A stretch of DNA of 64,000 bases from Mobula hypostoma (lineage: Eukaryota): assembly GCF_963921235.1 (NCBI RefSeq), contig NC_086097.1, positions 122,452,001 through 122,516,000 of the forward strand. Reading direction: 5' to 3'. Position numbers and translations under genes: made by a program. A model generated the notes under the pieces. The model did not search any database and was not told the origin of the DNA. It saw only the letters and a list, made by a program, of their open reading frames with translations. Positions 25,596 through 38,233 of the stretch are shown here, one piece after another (position 1 is the first letter of the stretch; each line of letters starts with the position of its first letter).

Positions 25596-26819
25596 CTAAT
25601 TATGTAGGCAGCATTGTTTGCCACGAATAAAAACCACAATGGGGTAAATTTGATAACTCTCACAAACGGGTCTCAGAAGTATGTGTGTATGGCAAGGTTA
25701 ATCCTTTTACTGCAGCCCCACTTTGTGCTTCCGATTCACTTCAATGATCACGGCACAGTGGTGGATTCGTTGGGCTGTATCAGGAGGTGTCCAGTGCCTT
25801 CATTTAAAGCTGGCCGGCATCTCTTAAAGGGGAGGTGCGCTCCTGTGACCGGGGTAGGTGCTGATGGTTGTGTTGCAAGTAAACCTGACTTACCAAACAG
25901 TACAGAATGGCATAACACTGGATGGGGAGGCGGGGGTGGGTCATGATTTTTATAAACTGTGCTTTGGAGGGGACAATTCAAGTTCAAAGTATTGGCATTC
26001 AACCATACACATGTATACAGTACATCTGGAGCCAATGCCAAACACAGTACATCCAGTCACACACAGCACATATAATTGCAATCCAGCACATACACTAACA
26101 GTATAAAATTGGCTGGTGGAGGAGGTGGAAACTGTGAGAGGTGGCCAGCCCAGAGTGTAAAACCTGAAAGCCTTACATATGGACTATCAAAAGGCAATGG
26201 TAACTTTTATCCCTAGAGACTGATGCCACCAGATAGTGACCTCAATGTAACAGCACTTAAGAATGATGGAGTCATATAGCACTGAAATAGGCATGTCAGC
26301 CAAGCACGTCAGTCCTACGTTAACCCTATTTCATTCTGCCCACAATCCTATGTTTAAATATCACCAACAATTTGTCCTAGTCCAGCCATGTGGGCACAAT
26401 GACCAAAACAGCAGATGAGCATCTCTACTTCCTCAGGAGTCTAAATAAATTTGACATGCCTGTATTGACCCTCACCAATTTTTACAGAAAGCATCCTATC
26501 TGCATGTAGCACATGTAGCACTGCTTGGTATGGTAACTGCTATGCCCAAGACTCTAAGAATTGCAGAGTTATTAATGCAACCCAATCCATCATATAAGTC
26601 TACCTCCCCTGCACTGACTATATTTTCATTTCCACAGCCTTAGGGAAATAGCCGACATAAAGAAGGATTCAAAGTTCAAAGTTCAAAATAAATTTGTTAT
26701 CCAACTATGTATATGTTACCATATACTGCCTTGAAATTCATTTTTTTTGCAGTCAGGAAAAAAGAAGTATGATAACATTTTATGGAAAAGTACACGTAAA
26801 AGACAGACTGATAATCAAG

Positions 26820-29158
26820 CATAGAAATGCAGAAGACCTGCAGCACAATACAGGCCCTTCGGCCCACAATGTTGTGCTGAAGATGTCCCTACCTTAGAAA
26901 TTACTAGGCTAAACCATAGCCCTCTATTTTTCTAAGCTCCACGTACCTATCCAGGAGTCTCTTAAAAGACCCTATTGTATCCGCCTCTACCACCGTTGCC
27001 AGCAGCCCATTCCACACACTCACCACTCTCTGAGTAAAAAACTTAACTCTGATGACTTCTCTGTACCTGTTCCCCAGCACCTTAAACCTGCGTCCTCTTG
27101 TGGCAACCATTTCAGCCCTGCGAGAAAACCTCTGACTATCCACACGATCAATGCCTCTCATCATCTTACACACCTCTATCAGATCACCTCTCATCCTCCG
27201 TCGCTCCAAGGAGAAAAGGCCAAGTTCACTCAACATGTTTTCAGAAGGCATGCTCCACAATCCAGGTAACATCCTTGTAAATCTCCTCTGCACCCTTTCT
27301 ATGGTTTCCACATCCTTCCTGTAGTGAGGTGACCAGAACTGAGCACAGTACTTCAAGTGGTGTCTGACCAGGGTCCTATATAGCTGCAACATTACCTCTT
27401 GGCTCCTAAAATCAATTCCACGATTGATGAAGGCCAATACACCATATGCCTTCTTAACGACAGAGTCAACCTGCGCAGCTGCTGTGAGTGTCCTATGGAC
27501 TCGGACCCCAAGATCCCTCTGAACCTCCACTCCAAGAGTCTTACCATTAATAATATATTCTGCCATCATATTTGACCCACCAAAATGAACTGCTTCACAC
27601 ATCTGGGTTGAACTCCATCTGCAACTTCTCAGCCCAGTTTTGCATCCTATCAATGTCCCACTGTAACCTCTAACAGCCCTGTACACTATCTACAACACCT
27701 CCAACCTTTATGTCATCAGCAAATTTACTAACCCATCCCTCCACTTCCTCATCCATGTCATTTATAAAAATCATGAACGGTAAGAGTCCCAGAACAGATC
27801 CATTAGGCAAACCATTGGTCACCGACCTCCATGCAGAATATGACCCATCTACAACCATTCTTTGCCTTCTGTGAGCAAGCCAGTTCTGGATCCACGAAGT
27901 AATGTCCCCTTGGCTCCCATGCCTCCTTACTTTCTCAATAAGCCTTGAATGTGGTACCTTATCAAATGCCTTGCTGAAATCCATATACACCACATCTACT
28001 GCTCTACCTTCATCAATGTGTTTAGTCACATCCTCAAAAATTTCAATCAGGCTCGTAAGGCACGACCTGGCCTTGACAAAGCCATGCTGACTATTCCTAA
28101 TCATATTATACCTCTCCAAATGTTCATAAATCTTGCCTCTCAGGATCTTCTCCATCAACTTACCAAATCCTGAAGTAAGACTCACTGGTCTATAATTTTC
28201 TGGGCTATCTCTATTCCCTTTCTTGAATAAAGGAATAACATCCACAACCCTCCAATCCTCCGGAATCTCTCCAGTCCCCAATGATGATGCAAAGATCATG
28301 GCCAGAGACTCAGCAATCCTCTCCCTCGCTTCCCACAGTAGCCTGGGGTACACCTCATCCGGTCCTGGCAACCTATCCAACTTGATGCTTTCCAAAAGCT
28401 CCAACACATCCTCTTTCTTAATATCTACATGCTCAAGCTTTTCAGTCCGCTGCAAGTCATCACTACAATCACCAAGATCCTTTTCCATAGTGAATACTGA
28501 AGTAAAGTATTCATTAATACCTCTGCTATTTCCTCTGATTCCATACACACTTTCCCATTGTCATACTTGATAGGTCCTATTCTTTCATGTCTTATCATCT
28601 TGCTCTTAACATACTTGTAGAATGCCTTGGGGTTTTCCTTAATCCTGCCCACAAAGGCCTTCTCTTGGCCCCTTCTGGCTCTCCTAATTTCCTTTTTAAG
28701 CTCCTTTCCATTAGCCTTATAATCTTCTAGTTCTCTAAACCTTTTGTAAGCTTTTTTTTGCTTCTTGACTAGATTTATTACTAACTTTGTGCACCATGGT
28801 TCCTGTACCCTACCATAACTTTCCTGTTTCATTAGAACGTACCTATGCAGAGCTCCACACAAATATCCCCTAAACATTTGCCACATTTCTTCTGTACTTT
28901 TCCCTGAGAACATCTGTTCTCAATTTCAGCATCCAATTTCCTGCCTGATAGCCTCATAATTCCCCTTACTCCAACTAAAAGCTTTTCCAACTTGTCTGTT
29001 CCAATCTCTCTCCAATACTATTGTAAAGGAGATAGAATTATGATCACTATCTTCAAAATGCTCTCCCGCTGAGAGATCGGACACCTGACCACGTTCATTT
29101 CCCAATACCAAATCAAGTACAGTCTCGCCTCTTGTAGGCTTATCTACATATTGTGTCA
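26820..29158 (-). mobile_element. CR1 LINE, 5'-truncated with frameshifts
   Basis: PTRGETVLDLVLGN, NYRPVSLTS, YMDFSKAFDKVPH, SKFADDIK and KFFTQRVV motifs. Confidence 0.95.
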
Positions 29159-30377
29159 ATATGCAAAAGCAGTTAAACAATGCAAATAAAAGCAATACTT
29201 CGTATATGAGTTGCAATAAGTCCTTGAAAATGAGTCTGTGGATGATGGATTCATTTCAGAGTTGTGGTGAGTGAAGTTATTCACGCCAGTTCAGGAGCCT
29301 GGTGGTTGATAGGCAATACCTTTCCTGAACCTGTGGTGTGGAACCTAAGGCTTCTATATGTCTTGTTCCATGGTAGAAGAGACCATGGCCTGGAGAGTGG
29401 GATGTTGTTTTGATGATGGATGAAACTTTATTGTGGCAGCACTCCATGTAACATACACAATGATGGGAAAGACTTCACTATGATGGACTGGGTTGCATCT
29501 ATTTTCTGAAGACTTTCCTGTTCCTGGGCATTGGTGTTTCCATGCCAGGCTGTGATGCAACCAGTAAAGATGCTCCCCACTGTACATCTATAAATTGTCA
29601 AATTTTTTGTAGACAGGCCAAATCTATGCAAGCTTCTAGGAAACTAGAGGCATTTTCCCTGATATAAGATCATAAAACAATAAGATACAGGAGCAGAAGT
29701 AGACCATTTGGCCCATCGAGTCTGTTCCGCCATTCAATCATAGGCTGATCCAAGAGCTACCAGACGTTCCTCATACGGTAACCCTTTCATTCCTGGAATC
29801 ATTCTCATGGATCTTCTCTGAACTCTCTCCAATGTTAGTATATCCTTTCTAAAATAAGGAGCCCAAAACTGCACACAATACTCCAAGTGTGGTCTCACAC
29901 GTGCCTTGTAGAGCCTCAACATCACATTCCTACTCTTATATTCTATACCTCTAGAAATGAATGCCAACATTGCATTTGCCTTCCTCACCACCGACTCAAT
30001 CTGGAGGTTAACCTTTCGGATATCCTGCACAAGGACTCCCAAGTCCCTTTGCATCTCTGCATTTTAGAACATAAGAACATAAGAAATAGGAGCAGGAGTA
30101 GGCCATCCAGCCCATCAAGCCTGCCCCGCCATTCAATAGGATCGTGGCTGATCTGTCCGTAAACTCAGCTCCATCTACCTGTCTTTTCTCTATAACCCTT
30201 AATTCCCCTACTACGTAAAATCTAACTAACTGTATCTTAAATATCTTTAGTGAAGAAGCCTCAACTGCTACCCTGGGCAGAGAATTCCACAGATTCACCA
30301 CTCTCTGGGAAAAGCAGTTTCTCCTCATCTCCGTCCTAAGTCTTCTCCACTGAATCTTGAGGCAATGTCCCCTAGAT

Positions 30378-30557
30378 CAGTGGTCCCCAACCTCCGGGCT
30401 GTGAAGCATGCAGGGGTGCAGCGGCAGCCGGAACGCACCCAGCACACCTTTAAGAAAAAAGCTATAATAATGTGCTGGGTGCATTCCACCTGCCGCTGCA
30501 CCCCTGCATGCTTCACGGCTCGGTATCGGTCTGCGGCCCGGAGGTTGTGGACCACTG
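30378..30557. mobile_element. 180-bp hAT/Charlie-like MITE with internal palindrome
   Basis: TIRs CAGTGGTCCCCAACCTCCGGGC / GCCCGGAGGTTGTGGACCACTG; TSD CCCTAGAT / CCCTAGTT. Confidence 0.9.
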
Positions 30558-30780
30558 CCCTAGTTCCAGTCTCACCTACCAATGGAAACAGCTTTTCTAC
30601 TTCTATCTTATCTACCCCTTTCAAAATTTTGTATGTTTCTATAAGATCTCCTCTCATTCTTCTGAATTTCAGAGAGTGTAGTCCCAGGGGACTCAATCTC
30701 TCCTCATAGGTTAACCCCTTCATCTCTGGAATCAACCTGGTGAACCTCCTCTGCACTGCCTCCAAAGCCAGTATATCCTT

Positions 30781-31390
30781 TATACTGGAAGCTTAAACAA
30801 GCATTACTCCCCACTAACATCTTAACTACATTCTACAGAGGCATGGTTGAGAGTGTGCTGACCTTTTGCATCACAACCTGGTACTTTAGCTGCAGTGCTG
30901 TCGACAAAAAAGCCTTGCAGAGGGTGGTTAGGGGAGCAGAGAAGGTTATTGGGGTCTCCCTACCTTCTGTCCAAGACCTCTTTCAGAGTCGATGCCTCCG
31001 GAAGACACGGTACATCATTAAAAACCCTCACACCCTCTCCGTGAACTGTTTGTTCTTCTGCCATCAGGCAAGCGTTACAGGAGCATCAAAACTAAAACCA
31101 CAAGGCTACTAAACAGCTTCCTCCCACAGGCAGTCAAACTGCTAAATAGCTGCTCTACCTGACTCTGCTTTGGACACTTTTAACTTGCACTGGACACTTA
31201 TAACTTGACTTTAACTGACATGTGGCTATTGTGTTTTACTATTTATTGTTATGTTTATTATTTAGTGTTGCGTTTGTTATGTTATGATTGCACTGCCCCT
31301 GAGAAACGCTGTCTCATTCTGCCCTGCAGAACTGATGTACGGTTAGAATGACAATCAAGTTTTCTGAATCTTTTGAATCTTGAATCTTGA
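30781..31390 (+). mobile_element. Rex1/Babar 3' fragment inserted in CR1 copy B
   Basis: FYRGMVESVLTFCITTWY; (TGAATCT)n tail; ATCCTT duplicated at both flanks. Confidence 0.88.
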
Positions 31391-34254
31391 ATCCTTCCTC
31401 AAGTATGGAGACCAGAACTGCACACAGTACTCCAGTTGTAGCCTCACCAGTACCCTGTATAGTTGCAGCATGACCTCCCTGCTCTTAAATTCAATCCCTC
31501 TAGCAATGAAGGCGAACATTCCGTTTGCCTTCTTAGTAACCTGTTCCACCTGCAAGCCAACGTTTTATGATTCATACACAAGCACTCCGAAGTCCCTTTG
31601 CACAACAGCATGCTGCAATTTTTCACCATTTAAATAATCATCTGCTCTTCTATTATTCCTTCCAAAGTGGATGATCTCGCATTTACCAGCATTGTATTCC
31701 ATCTGCTGGACCTTGGCCCACTAATTTAATCTATCTATATCCCTCTGCAGACTCTCCACATCCTTGGTACAATTTGCTTTTCCACTCAGTTTAGTGTTAT
31801 CAGCAATTTTTGCTACGCTGCACTCAGTCCCCTCTTCCAAGTCATCAATGTAAATGGTAAACAGCTGCGGGCCCAGCACCGACCCCTGCAGCACCCCACT
31901 CACCACAGACTGCCAAACGGAGAAACACCAATTTATACCAACCCTCTGCCTTCTATTGGTTAACCAATCCTCTATCCCTCTCAATACTCTTCCTCCGACT
32001 CCATGCATCCATATCTTATTTATAAGTCTCTTGTGCGGCACCTTATTGAACGCCTTCTGGGAATCCAAGTATTCAACATCCACCTGTTACCCTCTATCCA
32101 CTGCACTCATTATGTCCTCAAAGAACTCCAGTAAGTTTATCAAACTGGACCTGCCCTTTCTGAATCCATGCTGTGTCTGTCTAATATAACCCCTCCTTTC
32201 TAAATGTTTCACTATTTCTTCCTTAATGACAGCTTCAAGCATCTTCCCAACTACAGATGTTAGGCTAACTGGCCTATAGTTGCCCATCTTTTGCCTACAT
32301 CCTTTTTTAAAAAGTGGCATGATATTTACTGTCTTCCAACCCACCAGGACCTGCCCAGAGTCTACTGAGTTTTGGTAAATGATTACCAACACGTCTCCTA
32401 TAACCTCCGCCAATTCCCTCTGCACCCTGGGATGCATCCCATCAGCACCAGGGGACTTATCTACCTTCAGGCCCTCTAGTTTGCTCATCACTGTCTCTTT
32501 AGTGACAGTGATTTTATCTAAGTCCTCACCTCCCATTTCATCCGTAACATCATTCTTTGGCATATTGGACATGTCCTCCACTGTGAAGACCGACACAAAA
32601 TAGTTGTTCAATGCTTCAAACATTTCCTTATCACCCAATATCAATTTCCCTTTTTCGTCTTCCAAGGGACCTACATTGACTTTAGCCACCCTCTTCCACT
32701 TTATATATTTATAAAATTTTTTGCTATCTGTTTTTATATTTTGTGCTAATTTACTTTCATACTCTACCTTCCCTTTCCTTATTTCTTGCTTAGTTGTTCC
32801 TTGTTGCTTTTTAAAGTTTTCTCAATCCTTCAGCCTTCCACTATTCTTTGTGACTTCGTACAAATGAGCTTTTAATTTGATACTATCTTTTATTTCCTCA
32901 CTTATCCAAGGCTGGCTCTCCCCACACTTACTGTCCTTACTCTTGACTGGAATATACTTTTGTTGAGAACTGTGAAAAATCTCTTTGAAAGTATTCCACT
33001 GTTCCTCAACTGTCCTACCAAATAGCCTGTGCTCCCAATCTAAATTAGCCAACTCCTCCCTCATCCCGTTGTAGTCTCCCTTGTTCAAGCATTATACACT
33101 GGTTTTAGATCTAACTATTTCATCCTCCATCTGTATGCAAATTTCAATCATACTATGATCACTCTTTCCAAGAGAATCCCTGACTACAAGATCATTAATC
33201 TTTTGAATTCTATCCCCATCTAAATAATAGTCTGCCCATTCATTTCTTCCCCCAAAGTGCAGGACGATACTCTTTCCACCATTGTATTTCATTTGCCACT
33301 TCTTTACCCAGTCCCCAAAACTATCTAAGTCTCTCTGCAGGCTCTCTGTTCCCTCAATGCTACCCACTCCTCCATCTATCTTTGTATCGTCGGCAAATTT
33401 AGCCACAAATCCATTAATCCCATAGGCCATATCATTGACTTACATCGTAAAAAGCAGAGGCCTCAACACCGACCCCTATGGAACTCCACTGGTAACCAGC
33501 AGCCAGCCAGAATAGGATCCCTTTATTCCACCTCCCTGTTTTCTGCTGACCAGCCAATGTGCTACCCATGCTCGTAACTTCCGTGCAATTCCATGGGCTG
33601 TTATCTTGCTAAGCAGCCTCATGTGCGGCGCCTTTTCAAAGGCCTTCTGAAAAACATGTACAACACATCTAGTGCATCTCCTTTGATACGTTGATGTCAA
33701 GTAATTTCAATTTCTGGCACTCTCCACCTCTGATCTTCTATGTGGACTGGCTCATGGACCTCCTGCTTCTTCCTCCTGTAGTCAACAATCAACTCTTTGG
33801 CCTTGTTGACATTGAATGAGAAGTTGTTGTTGTGGCCCCTTTCAACCAGATTTTCAGCTCATTCCTATATGCCAATTCATCACCACCTTTAACTCAGCCA
33901 AGAGTAGTGTCATCAGCAAACTTAAATATGGCATTGGAGCTGTATGTAAGCAAGGATTCTTATCTCCCCTGTCAGGCAGAAGGTACAAAAGCCCACATGA
34001 TTCAAGGGCAACTTTCATCCCATTATTCTCAAACTCTTGAATAGACTTCTCATAAACTAAATGATGAACTCTTGATCTCACAGTCTACCTGGACCTTGTT
34101 TGTCTACCTGCACCGCACTTTCTCTGTAAGTGCGACACTATATACTGCATTCCGTTTTACTTCCACTACCTCAGTGTAATTATGCATAGCGTGACCTGTC
34201 AGGATGGCACACAAAGAAAATCTTTCCCTGTATCTTAATATACCATGTTACAAT

Positions 34255-34535
34255 ATTTATTCATTTATTTATTGAGATAAAATGTGGCCCTTCAAGCCAT
34301 GCGGGCCAGCAACCCCCGATTTACACCTTGCCTAATCACGGGACAATTTACAATGACCAATTAACCTACCTACCATTACACCTTTGGAATGTGGGAGGAA
34401 ACCAGAGCACCCAGAGGAAACCCAAGCAGTCAGGGGAGAATGTACAAACTCCTTACAGGCAGTGGCGGGAATTAAACCTGGGTTGCCTGTACTGTAAAGT
34501 GTTGTACTAGCCACTACACTATCGTGCCGCACCAA
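34255..34535 (-). mobile_element. V-domain SINE
   Basis: tRNA-like head plus GGAGTTTGTACATTCTCCCC..GGGTGCTCTGGTTTCCTCCCAC core. Confidence 0.8.
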
Positions 34536-35099
34536 TAATAGACCAGTTACTGAGATACGGTGAAAGTTCCCATATAGATGGTGGGGAGGGCTTCATCTGT
34601 GATGGACTGGGCTGAATCCGTCATTTTTCCATTGCTGGGCATTGATGTTTTCATACCAGGCTATGCTGTAACCCATTAGGTTACTCTCCATTGTACATCT
34701 ACAGAGATTTATCAAAGAAAAAAAAACAGCATTGCTGCCAACTGCTTCCAGATTTGACCTGCTACATAGTAAAACAACTTACAGTAACATACACAAATTG
34801 CTGGAGGAACTCAGTAGGTCAGGCAGCATCCATGGAAAGGAATGAACAGTCGATGATCCAGGCTGAGAGTTTACAGTGCCTATTAACATACCAAACTATG
34901 TGTCTTTGGGAAGCGGAAGTAAACTGGAACTCCGATGGAAACCCGTGTGATCACTGGGAGAACAGGCAAACTTCACACAGATCAGCACACAAAGTCAGGA
35001 TTCCCAGAGCTATGAGTTCACTGCCTTATCCACTGCCACCTCCAGATACAAACTTCTGCCAACTAGTTTCCAATAGCATTAAATTCACCAATTCACTTC

Positions 35100-35520
35100 C
35101 ATAGAGTCAAACAGTATTACGGTGAAGAAACAAGCCACTCAGCCCATCTAGTCCGTGCCAAACTATTACTCTGCCTAGTCTGAGTTACCTGTACCTGAAC
35201 CATAGCCCTCTATACCTCTCCCATCCAATTACTTAAACAAACTTCTCTTAAATGTTGAAATTAAATGTGCATCCATCACTTCTGCTCGCAGCTCATTGCA
35301 CACTCTCAGCACCCTCCGAGTGAAGAAGTTCCCCTTCCTGTTGCCCTTAAACATTTCACCTTTCACCTTTAACCCATGACCTCTAGTTCTAATCTCACAT
35401 GAGCTCAGTGGAAAAAGCCTGCTTGCATTTACCCTATCTAAGTTTTTCCTACACCATGCATAATCTTATATAATTATCAAATCTTCCTTTATTTTCCAAC
35501 ATCCCAGGGAATAAAATCCG
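35100..35520 (-). mobile_element. CR1 3' fragment
   Basis: TRGHGLKVKG..NFFTRRV motif on the minus strand. Confidence 0.82.
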
Positions 35521-35984
35521 AAGTTTCACTCAGCTGTCAGCAACTCCTATCAATTATTATTAATATCTAACATTCCTGCGCACTGTTTTATTCCATGCTG
35601 GTAACAATACTTCACAGTTTGCACATACTGCCAGCTATTCAACCAAACTGAGTACCCAACACTCATTGACACAGATTCTCCCACTTGAAGCAGAAGTACA
35701 TAGATCCACAATTGTACTGAAGAAGCAGGTGTGACTCTGTATGGTGATGGACCGTTCACTGGGGTGGCCTCAGCTGAGACCTGTCAATGCTGGTACTGAG
35801 ACCAAGAAAATGACATACCTTTACTTTACTATTCAAGCTGTTCCCTTAACTTAGGCTTACAGGTGCTGCAAACGCGCATCTTTCCCCATCTTCCGTCACC
35901 ACCTTCTTTGCTGAGCATCACGCCCTATTTTATTTCCAAGTACTACAACTTAACCAGACGGAAGAGGAACAGCAGGAAGGCGTT

Positions 35985-36895
35985 GAGCATCAAAGTATTG
36001 GGTACCAGAGTTTGGATGTTATGTTGAACTTGTTTTGGATGTTTGCGAGGCTTAGTTTCGAGTATTTCATGTAGTTCTGGTCACTCGCCTACAGAACAGA
36101 TCAAGTTCAAGTTTAGTTGTCATTCAGCCATACACGTGTATACAGCTAAAGGAAACCGTGCTCCTCCAGGGCCAGGGTGCAAAACACAATACATACAGTC
36201 ACACACAATACACATAGTTACTATAGCAGATATAGTCACAAAAATAGTACGAGCACAAGTTCCTGAGTGATATGGCCTGAAGAATGATGGATCGTGGGAT
36301 GTCATCCTGGAGCCATGTTTCTGCAAGAATAAGCACTTAGCAGTTCCTCATCTCATTCTGGCTCAGCTGCATATGAAAGCATATCAGCTTGCACTGCCTG
36401 ATATCAATAAAATTGAAAGAGTCCAGAGAAAATTTAAGAGGATGTTGCCAGGACTTGAAGTCCCGAGATATCGTGAAAGGTTAAATAGACTCCCTTGAGT
36501 GTAGGAGAGTGAAAGCAGATTTGATAGAGTTATACAATATTATGAAGGGTAGAGACAGAGTAAATGCGAACTGGCATTTTCCACTGCGGTTGGGTGAGAC
36601 TAGAATGAGAGATCATAGGTGAAGAATGAAAGGCAAAATATTTAAGGGGAACATGAAAGGGAACTTGCTCTCTCAGAGGGTGGTGAAAGTGTGGCACAAG
36701 CTGCCAGCAGAAGTGGTGGATGCACGTTTGATTTCAACATTTATGAAACGTTTGGATAAGTATCTGGAATTGAAGGATATGGAGGGAAATGGTCCATGTG
36801 CTGGCTAATGGGACCAAACAGAATAAAAGTTTAGCGCAAACTGGACAGACTGAATGGCTGTTTCTGTGCTGTAGTGCTCTATGACTCTATGACAA
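35985..36895 (+). mobile_element. CR1 3' fragment with a ~295-bp insertion (about 36100-36395)
   Basis: DINKIERVQRKF and SQRVVKVWHKLP; the insert resembles the repeat at about 25976-26100. Confidence 0.8.
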
Positions 36896-37695
36896 AAACT
36901 GAAATGGAAGTTCTTCAACAGGTCTCTTCATAAATTGAAGAGGAACACAACAGTTTGTTACAGACTCTGAAGTTCTGATGTCTTCCTTGCACAACAATCG
37001 GAGATCTTTTTGCCTTAATCGATTCCTTCTTTGCAGTGTGCAGATTCCAGCTGAAGAATTGTGCAGTGTAAAGACAACTATGATGTGAGGACTGGGATAT
37101 GGTGGAAGAATATCAGGAGTGGAGGAGCTGCATGGTTGGGATTAATGGGATGAAAGAATAGGGAGTAGAGAAATTGGAATGTGCTGGAAAGATAAATAAG
37201 AGGCTGGGAAGATGGAGGTATGAAGGGGACAATGTGGTAGAAGCTGGAAAGATCAGTGCCAAGGTTGACAAGGGAGCAAATTGGAGAAACAATTGGTGGG
37301 GAGGGGTGAGTGGTTGTGGGGAGTTGGAGAGGGGCTGGTGATAGAAAGGTGAGCAAGAAGTTGAAGGAAGAGATCTAGAGGTCCAAAAAAAGATGGTAGA
37401 GTGGCATGGAGAGATCTGAGAGGCTACGGGAATGTCCATAGGGAGCCAAGACTCTCATTAGCAAGAATGGGAGTATAGATACAGGTCAGGTGACAAAAAT
37501 GGAAACTGGATAGCTCAAAGAAAATTGTTGCCTTAGATGTGGGCAGTTGGAGGGTCTTTAACGAATGCAAGCAACTGGCACAATGCTCCAAATCAGACCC
37601 GCTCCACTATTCATGGCCCCCACCTTTCAAGGATCTTAAATGTGCAATCTAGTTACCACATGCTGCCAACCACTTGTTGTCATCTGATGTACAAC

Positions 37696-37697
<2 letters not shown>

Positions 37698-37740
<43 letters not shown>
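37698..37740. repeat. (GT)n microsatellite
   Basis: Directly visible. Confidence 0.97.
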
Positions 37741-37742
<2 letters not shown>

Positions 37743-37749
37743 CTATACA

Positions 37750-38070
37750 ACTGGATCAGCATGGTAGTGTAGCTGTTAACACATTGCTTTACAACCCTAG
37801 CTGTAAGATCAGGGTTTGATTTTTGTCCTGCCTGTAAGGAGTTTGTACGTTTTCCCGTGACCACGCGGGTTTTCTCCAGTTATTCCGATTTCCTCACACA
37901 TTCCAAAGATATGTGGTCAGGGTTGGGGTTAGTGAGTGGTTAGCACCAGAAGCATTGCCACACTTCTGAGCTACCAGCAGCACAATCCTTACTGATATGA
38001 TTTGACACAATTGGCGCATTTCACTGTATGTTTTGATATACAATGGCTAAATAAAGCTAATCAAATAAAT
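37750..38070 (+). mobile_element. V-domain SINE
   Basis: TGGTAGTGTAGCTG head and GTAAGGAGTTTGTACGTTTTCCCGTGACCACGCGGG core. Confidence 0.8.
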
Positions 38071-38233
38071 GAAAATCTACCCAGTAAATTTGAAGGTCAT
38101 TTTCAACCAATTTTGCCTGGAAGCTAAAGCTCAGATCCTCTTATTGTGGCAAATTTACTGGGTTATCTATGTGAAGTAAGTCACTGGGTAGAAATGATCT
38201 TGTACCAGGAGAAAAGAAGAAAGACATATTTAC

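Larger units (their letters stand above)
30066..33200 (-). mobile_element. CR1 copy B, interrupted by a MITE and a Rex1 fragment
   Basis: (TTCTTATG)n tail at 30066; RT and APE-end motifs up to DSLGKSDHSMIE. Confidence 0.9.
29662..33690 (-). mobile_element. CR1 copy A (29662-30065 plus 33201-33690), interrupted by CR1 copy B
   Basis: ..DYYLDGDRIQ(N) at 33201 continues into AEMQRDLGVLV at about 30060. Confidence 0.85.
26668..33945 (-). mobile_element. Old Rex1/Babar LINE in three pieces (26668-26819, 29159-29660, 33690-33945), host of nested insertions
   Basis: 3' UTR, RFGLSTK..IYRCTVGSIFTGCITAWHG and KFADDTT segments are collinear once the inserts are removed. Confidence 0.75.

Noticed and set aside
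33092..33430. ORF apparently fusing RT and endonuclease motifs in reversed order
   Set aside because: It spans the junction between nested CR1 copies A and B.
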